A stretch of 36,372 nt of DNA from a virus (Duplodnaviria; Caudoviricetes). A program made the position numbers and the translations under genes. The notes beneath the pieces were generated by a model, which was given only the letters and a program-made list of their open reading frames with translations, was not told the origin of the DNA and did not search any database. The DNA is taken from positions 1 through 36,372 of the IMG/VR virus record IMGVR_UViG_3300048851_000056; one strand, 5' to 3'. Below, one piece after another: positions 35,290-36,372 of the stretch (positions within the stretch are counted from its first letter, which is position 1; each line of letters starts with the position of its first letter).

Positions 35290-35670
35290 ATGAGCATGCA
35301 TACGTTTTTCGAGTACGGGTACAGGCTCGCGTGCGGTCGCGAGGTGTGGCAGGAGCAGGGCAAGCAGTGGATCGACGTCGACACCCGGTCGCAGGTCGGA
35401 TTCATCTACCTCGACTCGGGCGAGGGTCCGGTCGCAGCGATCGAGCAGGAGCTGTCGGACAACGACGTCGAGGGTTCGGTGATCCGGCGGCAGGTGGTCG
35501 TGGTCACCGGTCCGGTGCAGCAGCACCTCGGCGGCGATCAGTGGCAGGTGTCCCCATCGCCTGAGCAGTTCTCGCTCGATCGTCTGGTCGCGGAGTCGCG
35601 GCGTCTGCGGGGCGCGGACGAGAAGCAGCACGGCGAGGTCGGCGTGCAGCAGTGGGGGCCGAGGGCATGA
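35290..35670 (+). CDS. hypothetical protein
   Basis: RBS AGGAGG, 126 aa. Confidence 0.65.
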   Translation: MSMHTFFEYGYRLACGREVWQEQGKQWIDVDTRSQVGFIYLDSGEGPVAAIEQELSDNDVEGSVIRRQVVVVTGPVQQHLGGDQWQVSPSPEQFSLDRLVAESRRLRGADEKQHGEVGVQQWGPRA

Positions 35671-35879
35671 GGCCGGCGAACGTGGGGCTGATCGGCCGGC
35701 TGCTCGCGTGGAACTATGACCGAGCGTGGAAGCGATGGGTCGAGGCGCGCACGCGGGCGCTGACGCTGCGCACGAGCACGCGCCGGCATCTCGCGGCGCA
35801 GGTGGAGCGGGAAGCGCATAGGGCGCGACGTCGGGTGGATCTCGCGTCTCGTCTGCTCGACCGGTGGGAGGCGCGGTGA
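35667..35879 (+). CDS. Arg-rich helical hypothetical protein
   Basis: ATGA coupling. Confidence 0.55.
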   Translation: MRPANVGLIGRLLAWNYDRAWKRWVEARTRALTLRTSTRRHLAAQVEREAHRARRRVDLASRLLDRWEAR

Positions 35880-36169
35880 GTCCGCTGAGCGTGTGCCTGC
35901 TGTCACTCCCGCTGTTGTGGCCGGCGTACCTGCTGGGGTCGTGGCTGCTGAATGCGGCACGGGTGATGCGCCGCAGTCACGGGGACGTGGTGCTGCACCG
36001 TGCGGAGTGGTGGCCGATGGTCGAGCCTGCACTGCTTGCACCTCACGCGCACCCGACACCGGAGGAGATCATGCACGACTTCCTCGAACTCGGGATGCGG
36101 GCACCCGTCGTGGGTGGTCGCGCTGTAGGGCGCAGCACCCGGGCACACCGAGGCGAGGGCACACGATGA
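35876..36169 (+). CDS. putative membrane protein
   Basis: GTGA coupling; hydrophobic N-terminus. Confidence 0.5.
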   Translation: MSPLSVCLLSLPLLWPAYLLGSWLLNAARVMRRSHGDVVLHRAEWWPMVEPALLAPHAHPTPEEIMHDFLELGMRAPVVGGRAVGRSTRAHRGEGTR

Positions 36170-36318
36170 GTCCTGACCTGCGGCCGCTGGTGACGTGGCA
36201 CGCGAAGCAGGCGCTGCTGTCTCTGCTCACGGGAGACACGGGCACGGTGCGGCGCAGGGTGTACCTGATCCGCCGGCTGATCCGCATCGACCGCATCCTG
36301 CAGGCACGACGCGGCTGA
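36166..36318 (+). CDS. small basic hypothetical protein
   Basis: ATGA coupling, 50 aa. Confidence 0.5.
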   Translation: MSPDLRPLVTWHAKQALLSLLTGDTGTVRRRVYLIRRLIRIDRILQARRG

Positions 36319-36372
36319 TCCGCCAAAAATCCAGCACTCACCCTCACCCCGGACCACTCCCCGCAGGCGTCG

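Overview
This window is a high-GC siphovirus (actinobacteriophage-type) genome segment lacking the terminase, portal and capsid genes. The host is probably a non-mycolic-acid actinobacterium such as a Microbacteriaceae member (inference: no lysin B). Order: neck/tail genes (major tail, frameshifted tail chaperone, tape measure, minor tails; 1-9.3 kb); lysis cassette (M15-type endolysin plus three membrane proteins); a receptor-binding/depolymerase cassette placed after lysis (11.5-18.3 kb); a divergent switch with an XRE repressor and a BldC-like HTH but no integrase; a tightly coupled early operon (RusA, YqaJ exonuclease, Sak4-like ATPase, HNH, replication initiator with internal iterons, DnaB, many small Zn-finger genes); a ~310-nt structured non-coding region; a packaging-type HNH; a repeat-promoter/RHH cassette; and a possible cos end. 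Most notable signals: (1) a dispersed co-oriented operator-like motif ATAGTCCG-WTTYGTCCGGA written into coding regions with rare codons, (2) a five-hairpin ncRNA candidate, (3) a duplicated CGCATATGCG promoter cassette flanking an RHH-Zn-finger gene, (4) an internal start in the endolysin, and (5) a membrane protein carrying a tail-fibre terminal motif. All family assignments come from motif recognition, not database searches.
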